A stretch of 64,000 nt of DNA from Candidatus Bathyarchaeota archaeon. GTDB taxonomy: Archaea > Thermoproteota > Bathyarchaeia > Bathyarchaeales > Bathycorpusculaceae. Shown in pieces: positions 10,409 to 20,450 of this stretch. Each line of letters starts with the position of its first letter. The first letter of the stretch is position 1. The position numbers and the translations under genes are program-made. The stretch lies in contig CAWGZR010000003.1 of assembly GCA_963827165.1 (NCBI GenBank), forward strand, positions 192,001 to 256,000, given 5' to 3'. Below the pieces are notes generated by a model. The model did no database searches and was not told the origin of the DNA. It saw only the letters and a list, made by a program, of their open reading frames with translations.

Positions 10409-12289
10409 AATTGAAGATCTTGCCACTTTAAACGCAGGATAGAGACTGCAAAGCAAGATTCCGGCTAAGGCAGCGAAAAGCAACCCGGCAATCTCAAATA
10501 TCGTGAAACCCGTTACCACGGGCTGGGGCAACAAGAACAAGTAAGTTAGCATCGTGCCAAGCGAAATTCCGATTCCAAAGCTTGAAAGCAGCAAAACTGC
10601 ACTTTGCGCCCCCAAAACCAAAACAACAAACCGAGGTTTCGCACCAATAGACCTCAAAACGCCGAATTCTTGATGCTGCTCATCTATCATAAGCATCATG
10701 TAGCTGACCATGCAAAGGGCTGCAGCGGCCAAAGTAAAGAAGGGCATAATCATTATTGTTTCCCAACTTGACCCTAGAAAACTTGTGTCTTTTTCCACGA
10801 CGCTGTTTATTTGGAAAACGTTCAAGTTTGGATCTATATTCTTTAGTAAGCTCTTGATTTGAACGATCGCGACTGACTGGTCAGCAGAGCTTTTAAGCGT
10901 TACCAAGAGAAGATTCGGGCTCAAAATTCCAGATGCATTTTCAAGAGTTTGGATAGGCACATATGTGACAAAGCCATTATTTATTGGGTCAACACAGACA
11001 CCGACGATGTTGTATTGGGTGTTTTTGAATAACATGTCTTCAACTAGCGGGTTTGCCTGAGATATTCCAAGACTTGAATCGGGCATGTAGATAGTTTGGG
11101 AAACTGAATCGCCAATTACAGCCTGATATTGATCTCTAGTGTTCAAGAATCTGCCCTGCACATTCCAGCTACTAGAGAGTTCCGCGGGGTTGACACCTAC
11201 CACCATGGCGGTTGTTGTCCTGTTACCACCTACATAACCAACCGAGCCGGTATCGCCGTTAAAACTGAAGTTTGCAACCTCCTGAATCTGCCCGTCTAAA
11301 ACCAAACGAGTATCAACCAAATCCACGCTTGACAAAGAGTTTAGTTGGGTTACGACTGAGTTGGAAATAGCCAGATTTGGGCTGGAATAGTCAAAACCGC
11401 TTGTATTAAGGGCGCCTGAAAACTTCGATAGAAGCTGTTCGTATTGGGTGCCCATGCCGGGTGAGGCAATAACTATGGAGTTTTTGCCCACGCTATTTTG
11501 AACCCAACTTGTAGTTGTGTCGCTTGCGATAACTCCGCCCCCGACACATACTGTAAGCAGGATGAAAACTATGGACAGCAAAATCAGCAGTCTAAAAGTT
11601 GCTGATTGACGACGAAGCAGGCTTCTGCTGGCTATGCTCCAGGTTAATCCAGATTTTGACAGCGGCTTATGTTTTCCCGTTTTTGCTAAGCCATGGTAGG
11701 TTACGGGCGAAAGAGCCTTAATCGGTGGCATTCTTGAGGCTTTAAGAAGGGGCCCAATACCGAAAACCAATGCCAAAACTAAGAAGACGACAAAAACTAT
11801 AGGTCCCGACCAAAGATTAGGCACCCTGTATTCCGAAAAAACATAGTTTGAGATGCCATAATCCATTATAAAACCGAGAATTAAGCCTAAGCCACATCCC
11901 ACCACGGTCGTCGCTAAAAGTTCCGTCATAAAATATCCGGCAACAAGGTTGTTTGGGCATCCAGCCGCCTTTATCAAACCGAAATCCCGCGTTCTTTGAG
12001 CCATCATTGAGAAAGCAATGAAGGATGTGAGGATTGCGCCTACGGCGAAGATGAGAATGCCAATGAATGAAATAAACTGGGAGAAAACCACGTTTATTCC
12101 CACCGTAAAAACGTTGGTGGCTGAGGTTAAACTGCTAAGTTGGCTACTGAATAGTAGCAGAAACATGGTGGAAGCAACACTAAATGCTAAAGTTGCTACT
12201 GTTAAGCTTGTTTGAAGTCTCCTTCGAAGCAAATCGTTTATTGGAAAACCTGCGCTACTCATTTGTACTCGCCAAGACGCCTTCTTCAA
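10391..12289 (-). CDS. ABC transporter permease, FtsX/MacB family (two FtsX domains)
   Basis: QRTRDFGLIKAAG and QEFGVLRSIGA motifs; adjacent to an ABC ATPase; start probably about 12262. Confidence 0.88.
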   Translation of the reverse strand: MKKASWRVQMSSAGFPINDLLRRRLQTSLTVATLAFSVASTMFLLLFSSQLSSLTSATNVFTVGINVVFSQFISFIGILIFAVGAILTSFIAFSMMAQRTRDFGLIKAAGCPNNLVAGYFMTELLATTVVGCGLGLILGFIMDYGISNYVFSEYRVPNLWSGPIVFVVFLVLALVFGIGPLLKASRMPPIKALSPVTYHGLAKTGKHKPLSKSGLTWSIASRSLLRRQSATFRLLILLSIVFILLTVCVGGGVIASDTTTSWVQNSVGKNSIVIASPGMGTQYEQLLSKFSGALNTSGFDYSSPNLAISNSVVTQLNSLSSVDLVDTRLVLDGQIQEVANFSFNGDTGSVGYVGGNRTTTAMVVGVNPAELSSSWNVQGRFLNTRDQYQAVIGDSVSQTIYMPDSSLGISQANPLVEDMLFKNTQYNIVGVCVDPINNGFVTYVPIQTLENASGILSPNLLLVTLKSSADQSVAIVQIKSLLKNIDPNLNVFQINSVVEKDTSFLGSSWETIMIMPFFTLAAAALCMVSYMMLMIDEQHQEFGVLRSIGAKPRFVVLVLGAQSAVLLLSSFGIGISLGTMLTYLFLLPQPVVTGFTIFEIAGLLFAALAGILLCSLYPAFKVARSSILKIMS

Positions 12290-12947
12290 GGCATAAAACT
12301 TGATCCGCCAACTGCTTTATTTGCGCGTCATGAGTCGCGACAATAACTGTTTTTCCTTTTTCCTTCAGAAGTTGAAGGACCTGCACAATTTTCTGGGCGT
12401 TTTTATCATCCAAATTACCTGTCGGCTCATCTGCGAGGATAAGCTGCGGATCATTAGCTAGGGCTCTTGCAAATGCGACACGTTGCTGCTCGCCTCCGCT
12501 CAATTGAGAAGGAAAATGATTAGCCCTGTTCAGCAAACCCACTGATTCAAGCAAATCATTTATGCGTTTTTCAATGTCTTCCTGAGGTTTAGCCGTCCAT
12601 TCCATGGGAAACGCAATGTTCTCAGCAACGGTTAAGGTGGAAACTAAATTGTAGGCTTGAAAAACGAAGCCGACGCTATTGCAGCGGTAATCTGACAATT
12701 GATCTTCATTTTGGTCTGTTAAGTCTTGACCATCGACAAAGATTTTTCCTGCGGTCGGCCTATCAATTCCGCCGATAATATTGAGAAGAGTGGTTTTTCC
12801 CGAACCTGAAGCCCCGCTCAAAACCACAAACCGTGCTTTATGAATAGAAAAGGTGATATCTTTTAAAACTTCAAGTTTCTCGTTACTTACATCATAGGCT
12901 TTTCCCAGCGTCTCTGCATGAACGAAAAACTCGTCTTGGGTTTGCAT
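12255..12947 (-). CDS. ABC transporter ATP-binding protein (LolD/MacB type)
   Basis: [35 protein letters not shown]. Confidence 0.95.
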   Translation of the reverse strand: MQTQDEFFVHAETLGKAYDVSNEKLEVLKDITFSIHKARFVVLSGASGSGKTTLLNIIGGIDRPTAGKIFVDGQDLTDQNEDQLSDYRCNSVGFVFQAYNLVSTLTVAENIAFPMEWTAKPQEDIEKRINDLLESVGLLNRANHFPSQLSGGEQQRVAFARALANDPQLILADEPTGNLDDKNAQKIVQVLQLLKEKGKTVIVATHDAQIKQLADQVLCLEEGVLASTNE

Positions 12948-13023
12948 TCCTCTTGGCCTCTCCTAGCGAAAAAAGAGTTACGCGTTACTATAATATAGGT
13001 TGAGGTACAGTTGCTTTCTTTCT

Positions 13024-13473
13024 TCAGGGGTAGGTTGTGTCCAGATTTAGGTTTCCTCTATCGCGTTTGAGTATTCTTATTTTTTCAGGCAGTTTATTTT
13101 TCTCCCAATCTGACCATTCGACTTCTTTGAAAAGCCACCGCTTTCCCAAGTGCGCCGCCACCACGGCGTGTTTATGGGCGTTGTCTGCGGGGATTAATTC
13201 GTTTAGGAATCTGAAAAGTTTGTCGACTTGTTGTTTGGGGAAATATGCGTAGTATGTGGCGTTTTTGACTTCAAAAGCGTACATGTGAAGGTCGCGTCGG
13301 GCCATGACGTCAGGGAGCGGGTTTAGGCTTGGGTTACTTACTGGAACCCGAACGGCGTTGTAACCTTTTTTCTGCAAAAGCTTAACCAGTACAGTTTCAC
13401 TGTAGAAGCCTCTCTTGCGCCAACGCCTAAGTCTAACCCTGTCTATCTCTTTACTCAATCGATCGGACTCCAC
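13024..13473 (-). CDS. hjc: Hjc-like Holliday junction resolvase
   Basis: RGFYSE...GYNAVRVPVS...PDVMA...FEVK pattern of the Hjc family. Confidence 0.75.
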   Translation of the reverse strand: MESDRLSKEIDRVRLRRWRKRGFYSETVLVKLLQKKGYNAVRVPVSNPSLNPLPDVMARRDLHMYAFEVKNATYYAYFPKQQVDKLFRFLNELIPADNAHKHAVVAAHLGKRWLFKEVEWSDWEKNKLPEKIRILKRDRGNLNLDTTYP

Positions 13474-13530
13474 TCGTCAACTGCTTATCAACGCTCAAAG
13501 AATAAAAATTGTTGCCTTTAGAGTTGGGCA

Positions 13531-13560
13531 AAACACGTTGGGGGATGCTTTTGTACACCT
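13531..13560 (+). repeat. Box I dispersed 30-bp motif, copy 3 (degenerate)
   Basis: AAACACGTTGGGGGATGCTTTTGTACACCT; core GATGCTTTTGTA.ACC retained. Confidence 0.6.
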
Positions 13561-15842
13561 TGTACTGAATGGTGGCACGCTGGCGAAGTCTGGTGACGAA
13601 AACAAAAGCAAGTAATACGTATAACACCATTGTAACCAATCATGCAATCGTATCCATCCACACAGCAAAAATATTGCCAGTTTAGACTACATTAAGCAGT
13701 TCAAAGTTAGCGCTTGACCCAAAAACACACAGAACTCAACATCAACCGCACACAAAAAATTGCAGCCAAAACTCTGGTGAATATGAAGATCTACAGGTCC
13801 TTTTCAGAAACTCGGAAAAAACACAGTCTCACTTGCGAAAAGCTGCAAACAGAAAACAAAAAACGACAGCCTATTTCGGAGTTTTTTTCCGCATTTCTCG
13901 GTCATAGCGCCTTACAGTTCCAGGATCGCACACAATCTTAGCGGGTGAGTCCGAAGATAAAACTAGGAACTCCTCTCGGTTTAAGATTATTGGAAAGCAT
14001 TTTGGTCAAAACAGGTTCCTGAAGGGAAAACCTTCGTCTCCAATTTTTTTTGTCAAAAAACCGCAAAGTTTCGTTAACCACGAAAAAAACCACGTAAAAC
14101 CTCGAAGACCAACCGAAAAAACCGAGTTTGCCTTCGCATGGAGATTTTCGGGGGTACTTATATGAGGCCACGATATTCTCCATGCCACGTCTCTATGGGA
14201 ACACTTGAAAAGGCTGAAACAGGGGTTTTTTAGAATTTTAAGGTCAAACTAAGCCCCAAGATTCTCGTTTCCATACCAAAAAAATGGCAGCTTTTTTAAA
14301 TCAATTGTTACGAAGAAAAACAAGCCCCAATCAACAGTTTTAGAGTAAAATACCCCCTAATAATAGTCATTTTTACGAAACAAGGCGAACGGAACCACGT
14401 TAATTGGATCCCTGAAAAGACAACTCAAAACATTCAGCAAAAATTTTGAAATCAATCGTTGCCCCAGATTTCCACAGAATCTTTTGCTTGACCGTTTGAT
14501 AACCCCGGAAATTTGGTGCCACTATCATACCATATTTTTTTCATCGGAAGTTCGTTTGATTTTGTTTTGACCGCGAGAAATTATTCTTCTTTTTTTTGAG
14601 GGAAAGCAATTAGAAAATGCTGGCGCGAACATAGCAACTGTAAATCCAAAAAGCACAATTAGCTGTTTTTAAAGCTCACCACAGAAAGAAAAAATAAGCA
14701 CAAAAATTAGGCCACAAAGACACCGCAACTAAGGTAAACATCACGAAGGTCACTAGGCTCTCACGACCGTCAACCGCGCAAAAAATTGCCATCCACGCTC
14801 AACCAACACCTGAACGTCCGTTTCTAAAACCCAAATGACTGCTGCTTCTTCCCTTGCGATGTCTTCCTTAAAGTTTTTGAATAACGATTTTATCAAGCAC
14901 GGCTCCAGAGTCCTTAGCCTACGTGAAGGAATTTTAATAACTCACCCAAACCGACTGCTCTGCAGTCAACCAATTACAGGGCAGACTTCAATTATTTTGC
15001 CGAAGTCGTTTTCTTGAGCTTTCAAATCTATGCGAATCAACCACGCTTGCTCCAGAAACAAACTCGTGATTCCAATGCATTCATTTTCTTAAAAACTGTT
15101 TTTCGGTTGCTTCAAATTCCCTGAGATGTAAAAGATTCACGACCCATTCCTACTTGAACCATCACTATGATGCAAACGCCGGTTTTTGTTTACTGAAAAA
15201 GTGCAAATTGATCCATCATTTTTTCTCAACAAGCACCCTGCATAAGATTAGCTGGCGTAAGCAGCGCTATATTCGAGCGATTGCTTGATATGAAACTTCA
15301 CATACGTGAACTCAGTGACATAAGCAATACGCTTACGATTTACCATCACGGGGCACAACCAGCAAGATGAATAACAAACCATCGAAAACAACTTCAATTC
15401 GCGTAGGCGAACAAAACCGGCAGGTTGCACTTTTGTCGGGGAGTAAAGTGCTTACAGATGTTTAAGAAAATCACACTGACTGAGCAACCCCCTCAGTTTA
15501 CTTTGCCACAGCACCTATTCGATATCAAATTCTTTGCAGCTTAGGAAAAGCAGAAATCAGTTTCAAATACAACAGGCAACTGTCAAGCCGCGTCAACGCA
15601 CTATCAATAATCGGGAAGCCTCGTGTCATTAAAAGCCTGTACACTGCAAACAGGCGTTCATCTGTTTTTTTAGATAATTTCAGTGCCCTGCACTTGCCAC
15701 AGGAAAGATAACCGGGCTGTTTGCCAAAATAACTTTTGACAATGCGGATGTACTATCTTTTGGTCTTTGAAATAAGGAAGAGTTTTCCTCTGTTTTTTGT
15801 CGCACCAGGCATATGGGAAAATCGTGTTATCGCCGTCCCAGC

Positions 15843-15872
15843 CCGTATACAAAAGCATCAACGGCACACAGT
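15843..15872 (-). repeat. Box I dispersed 30-bp motif, copy 4
   Basis: RC = ACTGTGTGCCGTTGATGCTTTTGTATACGG. Confidence 0.9.
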
Positions 15873-15922
15873 TTATTTCAGGAGCCATTAACTAATTTTC
15901 AGCCGACTTGGCTAAACCAGTT

Positions 15923-16207
15923 TTCGAAGCCAGCCGAACCTTAAATATACATGCAACGCGTTAAGCTGAAACTGCAAAAATAATTCGATCAATCGCTGAT
16001 GCCAGCCTTTTCAACCCAAAAAACGGTAGCTTTGAAGAGCAAGAGGTTCAAAGGCAAGGAAAATCAGATAACTTAGGCTGAAGTGGAGGCTATTTGAAAC
16101 ATTTTTAGGATGATCTCTAACTTTTCATCCAATCTAATGGGAAAACGTGGGAATTTTCAGGGGCGAAAAAACAGCTAAATGGTTATTTTTTACAAATAAA
16201 TGTTAAA
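15923..16207 (+). repeat. Box II (15923-15952) + Box III (16178-16207) composite element, copy B
   Basis: TTCGAA-N6-CGAACCTTAAATATACAT, then AATGGTTATTTTTTACAAATAAATGTTAAA 255 nt later. Confidence 0.8.
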
Positions 16208-16414
16208 ACAATATCAGTCATGGCTCGGAATAGCGCTTATTCTGCCGAATTATAGCAGCTTTCTTGAATTCTTTAAGCTTCGGATGCCGAAAACTCGAAA
16301 CTTTCTAGCCTATCAATCAAAAAATCAGCCAGCGTAAGGCGCCTGCGACCCCCAGAAAAAAGCAGGCATTTCGAAATATTTTTCAGCGCTAACTGACGTT
16401 ACAAGAATGAGAGC

Positions 16415-16832
16415 ATGTCAAACTTTAAGGTCGCTAACTACAGTTTCAGCTTTGCGACTAAGGGCGAAATAGATTTCGTAGATTTGTCCCAGAAGGTTCA
16501 GGAAGAGGTCTCTGCGTCAGGCGTAAGAAACGGAATTGTCCACGTGTTTGCGCCCCATGCAACAGGCATACTGGTTTTGACAGAAAATGATGACTCCCTG
16601 CTTAGAGGACATAAGGATGTTGCTTGAAGAGCTCGCACCAAAAAGATCAACTTATCAGCATCCTTCGAACGCCCACTCTCACCTGCGATCGATGCTTCTC
16701 CCGCCTGACAAGACTTTGCCAATAGTTAACGGGAAAGTCACTTTTGGAACTTGGCAGTCGTTGCTCTTCGTGGAAACTGATGTCTACCCGCGAAAACGAA
16801 CCATAATCATCCAAGTCCTGGGCGAACAGTGA
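16415..16832 (+). CDS. yjbQ: YjbQ/UPF0047 family protein (one frameshift near 16600)
   Basis: HVFAPHATG...EN, then YQH.SNAHSHLRS and GTWQS motifs split over two ORFs. Confidence 0.85.
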
Positions 16833-16974
16833 AGTTGGAAGAAACAGGCACGTACTTATTCTTACGGCGCAATTGAGTAAATTTGGTTTTTTCGGTTGCT
16901 GTTACCGCAACATGTAAATCTGGTCCATTGTTTTCGCGCGTTTAATGACAATTTAAGGTGACCAAGTCTGCGTA

Positions 16975-17260
16975 TTTAACTATTTATTGTAAAAATTGTC
17001 CATTCGATGTCATTTCGTGACAACCTTAGGAGGCAAAAACCTCGGATTAGATATGCAAATCGAATTTCAAGGCGCACAAGGCCAAAATTATGCCCACCTA
17101 GACGGCTCTAGACCCCATTTCAGAAACGGTCAAGCTCTTTTCAGGCTTAAATAAACCAAGGTTTCACCTATTTCAAGAGAAAACCGCCCAGCCATTGGCA
17201 GATTCAGCGCCTTTGCCTGAATTCGGTGGGATGATTATTTAAGGTTCGGCGCTTTTCGAA
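16975..17260 (-). repeat. Box II (17231-17260) + Box III (16975-17004) composite element, copy C (inverted)
   Basis: RC: TTCGAA-N6-CGAACCTTAAATAATCAT, then AATGGACAATTTTTACAATAAATAGTTAAA 256 nt later. Confidence 0.8.
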
Positions 17261-17265
17261 GAAGG

Positions 17266-17994
17266 TTAACCTTTTCGCTCAGTTGGGAGCCTCTTGGATG
17301 ATCCGCGTGGGCGCATCCGAGATTTCTTCCTATCCGTTGCTTTTTCATTGGGTTTGTCTTCAAAGGTGTCAGCTTCAACTTCACCCATCGGCAAGGTGTC
17401 AACAGCGTCAGGGAAATCAGCGGTTGTCGCCTGCACAGCTCCGCATTTAAGCATAGATTCTACTGCTTTATCGACATCTTCTGGCTGGGCGTCTATGCCC
17501 CGCGTGGCATCCATGAGAACAATGGTTTCGTATCCATGTTTCCGTGCGTCAAGAACCGAGTGTAGAACGCAGTAGTCAGTAGCCAATCCCCCCACGAAAA
17601 GCCGCCGGATGCTGCGCTCCTTCAACTCTTTAGCAAATGTGGTTTGGTCAAAAACTGAGTAGCTTTCCCGCATAGGGTCGGTAGCTTTAAAGACAACCAC
17701 CGCATCTTTTGGCAGTTTAAACTTGGGGCTGAACTCGGCGCCTTTAGTATCTTGGACACAATGCGGAGGCCAAGAACCACCCTGCTGCTTAAACGAGCAA
17801 TGGTTCCGAGGATGCCAATCACGGGAAGCAAAAATAGGGGCTTTAGCGTCCGCGAAAATTCTTGCGAACTCGTTTAAAAGAGGAATAATTTCGTCGCCGC
17901 CGGGAACAGGAAGCGCTCCTCCAGTTAGGAAATCATTTTGGATGTCAGTTATCAAAAGTGCATCGGAACTTGTCAAATTATAGGTTTTGTTCAA
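17266..17994 (-). CDS. pncA: Nicotinamidase/pyrazinamidase
   Basis: DIQNDF, DWHP..H.SF, WPPHCVQ, GLATDYCV. Confidence 0.93.
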   Translation of the reverse strand: MNKTYNLTSSDALLITDIQNDFLTGGALPVPGGDEIIPLLNEFARIFADAKAPIFASRDWHPRNHCSFKQQGGSWPPHCVQDTKGAEFSPKFKLPKDAVVVFKATDPMRESYSVFDQTTFAKELKERSIRRLFVGGLATDYCVLHSVLDARKHGYETIVLMDATRGIDAQPEDVDKAVESMLKCGAVQATTADFPDAVDTLPMGEVEADTFEDKPNEKATDRKKSRMRPRGSSKRLPTERKG

Positions 17995-18140
17995 ACAGAT
18001 ACCTCATAAAATAGTCTTTAAATTTATGTTGTTTAAAATTCAAATTTACTAGCGCGAAACTATTGGATAAACCTTTTGTGGGTAACGCACGTTTGAAAAA
18101 TTGAAAAATGCAGGCGATAGCACAAAGACAACGGGGTTTT

Positions 18141-18170
18141 ACTGTGTTTTGGTGATGCTTTTGTATACCG
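18141..18170 (+). repeat. Box I dispersed 30-bp motif, copy 5
   Basis: ACTGTGTTTTGGTGATGCTTTTGTATACCG. Confidence 0.9.
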
Positions 18171-18222
18171 CTTAGCAACGCTTATCTTTTAAGGGACGCT
18201 CAATAAAATACGAGACGTCAAA

Positions 18223-19758
18223 ATGCTTGCCAAAAACAAACCAATCACAAACAGGGAAATGCGAGCCCTAGAAACTAACGCGGAATATTACGGCATGAGC
18301 CTACTTCAACTAATGGAAAACGCTGGAAGCCGCGTTGCCGAAGAAGTGGCTTCTCGCTTCCCCGAAGGCATGAAGGTTGCTGTTTTCTGTGGTTTAGGTG
18401 GAAACGGAGGCGACGGCTTTGTCGCCGCTAGGCATCTTTTGAACCTTGGCTTCAATGTTTCCGTGGTTGTTGTGGGCAAATACAGAGACATCGGTCACGA
18501 TGCGGCGCGTGCTAACTTTGCGATTCTCCAATCAATACAGAACAAGATTGCCTTGGTTGAAGTGACGGACAGCTCAGCAATACCAAAATTGACCATTGAA
18601 ATAGTTATCGATGCTTTGTTGGGAACGGGCACAAAAGGAAAAATCAAGCCGCCAGTAAGCCAAGTGGTAAACTGCATCAACACCTCAGATACTTTCAAAA
18701 TCGCAGTTGACGTTCCAACAGGAATAGATTCCGACACTGGCGATGTTCTAGGCACAGCGGTTAAAGCTGATTTAACCATAACTTTTCACAGATCAAAAGT
18801 CGGGCTGGAGAAAGCAACGGAGTACGTTGGTGAACTTGTAGTAAAGGACATTGGATTGCCTATAGAAATAGAGCGTTATGCGGGTCCAGGCGACGTTTAC
18901 CTTGCAAGGGTTCCGAGGAGGCCAACAGCGCACAAAGGCGATTTCGGACGACTCCTAGTCATCGGCGGAAGCGAAATTTATTCGGGAGCACCGACTTTGG
19001 TTTCGCTGGGTGCCATGCGAACGGGAGTTGACCTCGTTTATCTCGCTGCGCCCTCGAAAACAGCGAACGTGATTTCTTCTATGTCCCCTGACTTGATTAC
19101 GATTAAGCTTGAAGGCACCAACCTGAATCCAGCCAACATCGAAACGGTCAAACCGTACCTTGCGATGGTTGATGCAGTAGCATTAGGTCCGGGTTTAAGC
19201 TTGAATGCTGAAACCGTCGATTTCGTAAAGCTTTGCGTTGAAGAGGTTGAACGCGTGGGGAAACCTTTGCTTTTGGACGCCGATGGACTTAAAGCCTTTG
19301 CCAAGTTCAAAAGACCCCTCAGGACGCCGCTTGTTCTTACGCCTCACGCTGGCGAGTACTCGCTACTTACGGGTGAAACGCTGCCTGAAAACATGGAGGA
19401 ACGAGCCGTGGCAATACAGAAAACTGCGAAAAAACTCGATGCTGTAGTTCTTGTAAAGGGCAAAGTTGACTGCATCTGTAGTCCTGAACGCATCAAGCTG
19501 AATTTCTCTGGGAACCCCGGCATGACAGTGGGCGGCACAGGTGATGTTCTTAGCGGCATCGTCAGCGGCTTAATGGCTCAAGGAGTTGACCCGTTTGAAG
19601 CAGCAACGGCTGGAGCTTTCGTCAACGGCGCAGCAGGCGATTTCGCCGAGGCCGAGCTTGGCTTTCACATGGTTGCATCAGACATTATTGACTGGATCCC
19701 AAACGTCTTCGAGGAACCAATGAACCACTTAAAGGTACGCAACCAACTTGGAAAATAA
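18223..19758 (+). CDS. nnr: Bifunctional NAD(P)H-hydrate epimerase/dehydratase
   Basis: LMENAG, GGNGGDG, DALLGTG, VDVPTG, HKGDFG, TPHAGE, GGTGDVLSG. Confidence 0.95.
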   Translation: MLAKNKPITNREMRALETNAEYYGMSLLQLMENAGSRVAEEVASRFPEGMKVAVFCGLGGNGGDGFVAARHLLNLGFNVSVVVVGKYRDIGHDAARANFAILQSIQNKIALVEVTDSSAIPKLTIEIVIDALLGTGTKGKIKPPVSQVVNCINTSDTFKIAVDVPTGIDSDTGDVLGTAVKADLTITFHRSKVGLEKATEYVGELVVKDIGLPIEIERYAGPGDVYLARVPRRPTAHKGDFGRLLVIGGSEIYSGAPTLVSLGAMRTGVDLVYLAAPSKTANVISSMSPDLITIKLEGTNLNPANIETVKPYLAMVDAVALGPGLSLNAETVDFVKLCVEEVERVGKPLLLDADGLKAFAKFKRPLRTPLVLTPHAGEYSLLTGETLPENMEERAVAIQKTAKKLDAVVLVKGKVDCICSPERIKLNFSGNPGMTVGGTGDVLSGIVSGLMAQGVDPFEAATAGAFVNGAAGDFAEAELGFHMVASDIIDWIPNVFEEPMNHLKVRNQLGK

Positions 19759-20302
19759 CTCCGAAACGCCTAAACCAGTTTTGCCCGTGAGAATAACCAT
19801 TTATCACGCTGCCCAAGATGATCCTAAAAAGAACACTGCTCTTAGACTTAAACGGCGAGGATTCGCAAGGATAGTTACCAAAGTAAAGTTCTTGCCCAAA
19901 CGGGCTATTGTGCTTAACCCTTTTGGCGAAATCGCGTTTTCACCGGCTGATAGGGAAAGGATTTCGCAGTTTGGGTTAGCAGCGTTAGATTGCAGTTGGG
20001 AACATGCCCAGAAAGTTATGGGAAAACACGTCAAAGGTACCAGCCGATGCTTGCCGATTCTAATCGCAGGTAACCCAGTTAACTACGGCAAATTGACAAA
20101 GCTTACAACAGCTGAAGCCATCGCCGCCGCCCTATTCATAGCAGGTTTCAAAGAAGAGTCTGAGACTGTTTTGTCGGTTTTTAGTTGGGGTCACACGTTT
20201 TTTGAGCTAAACAGTATGTTGCTTGATAACTATGTATTGGCGAAGGATAGCGGCGAAATCGTAGAGATGCAAACAAGGCTTCTTGGAAAAAAACGTGAGT
20301 AA
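19748..20302 (+). CDS. tsr3: 16S rRNA aminocarboxypropyltransferase Tsr3 (DUF367)
   Basis: DDPKKNT, LDCSWE, RCLPILIAGNPVNYG, FSWGHTF. Confidence 0.92.
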   Translation: MENNSETPKPVLPVRITIYHAAQDDPKKNTALRLKRRGFARIVTKVKFLPKRAIVLNPFGEIAFSPADRERISQFGLAALDCSWEHAQKVMGKHVKGTSRCLPILIAGNPVNYGKLTKLTTAEAIAAALFIAGFKEESETVLSVFSWGHTFFELNSMLLDNYVLAKDSGEIVEMQTRLLGKKRE

Positions 20303-20304
20303 GA

Positions 20305-20334
20305 ACTGTGTTTGGGTGATGCTTTCGTATACCG
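20305..20334 (+). repeat. Box I dispersed 30-bp motif, copy 6
   Basis: ACTGTGTTTGGGTGATGCTTTCGTATACCG, starting 2 nt after the tsr3 stop. Confidence 0.9.
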
Positions 20335-20450
20335 TCGGCGTTTAATTCTGAATATCTTGCTTGCACCTTGCGTGACTCAAATTTTTTTCCACAAAATTTT
20401 TTGTTTGTGTTTTGAGTTGGTTTTCTTGTTTGGGGCTTGGATAGGTTGTA

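Noticed and set aside
13612-13640. dif-like Xer site (AATACGTATAA-CACCA-TTGTAACCAAT)
   Set aside because: The spacer is 5 rather than 6 nt and the arms are poorly palindromic.
8975-20334. Box I 30-mers as a CRISPR array
   Set aside because: Copies are 0.6-4 kb apart, in both orientations, with no 30-40-nt spacers and no cas genes.
8975-20334. Box I as C/D-box sRNA genes (TGATG core)
   Set aside because: The core is TGATGC, not RTGATGA, and no CTGA D box at a consistent distance was seen.
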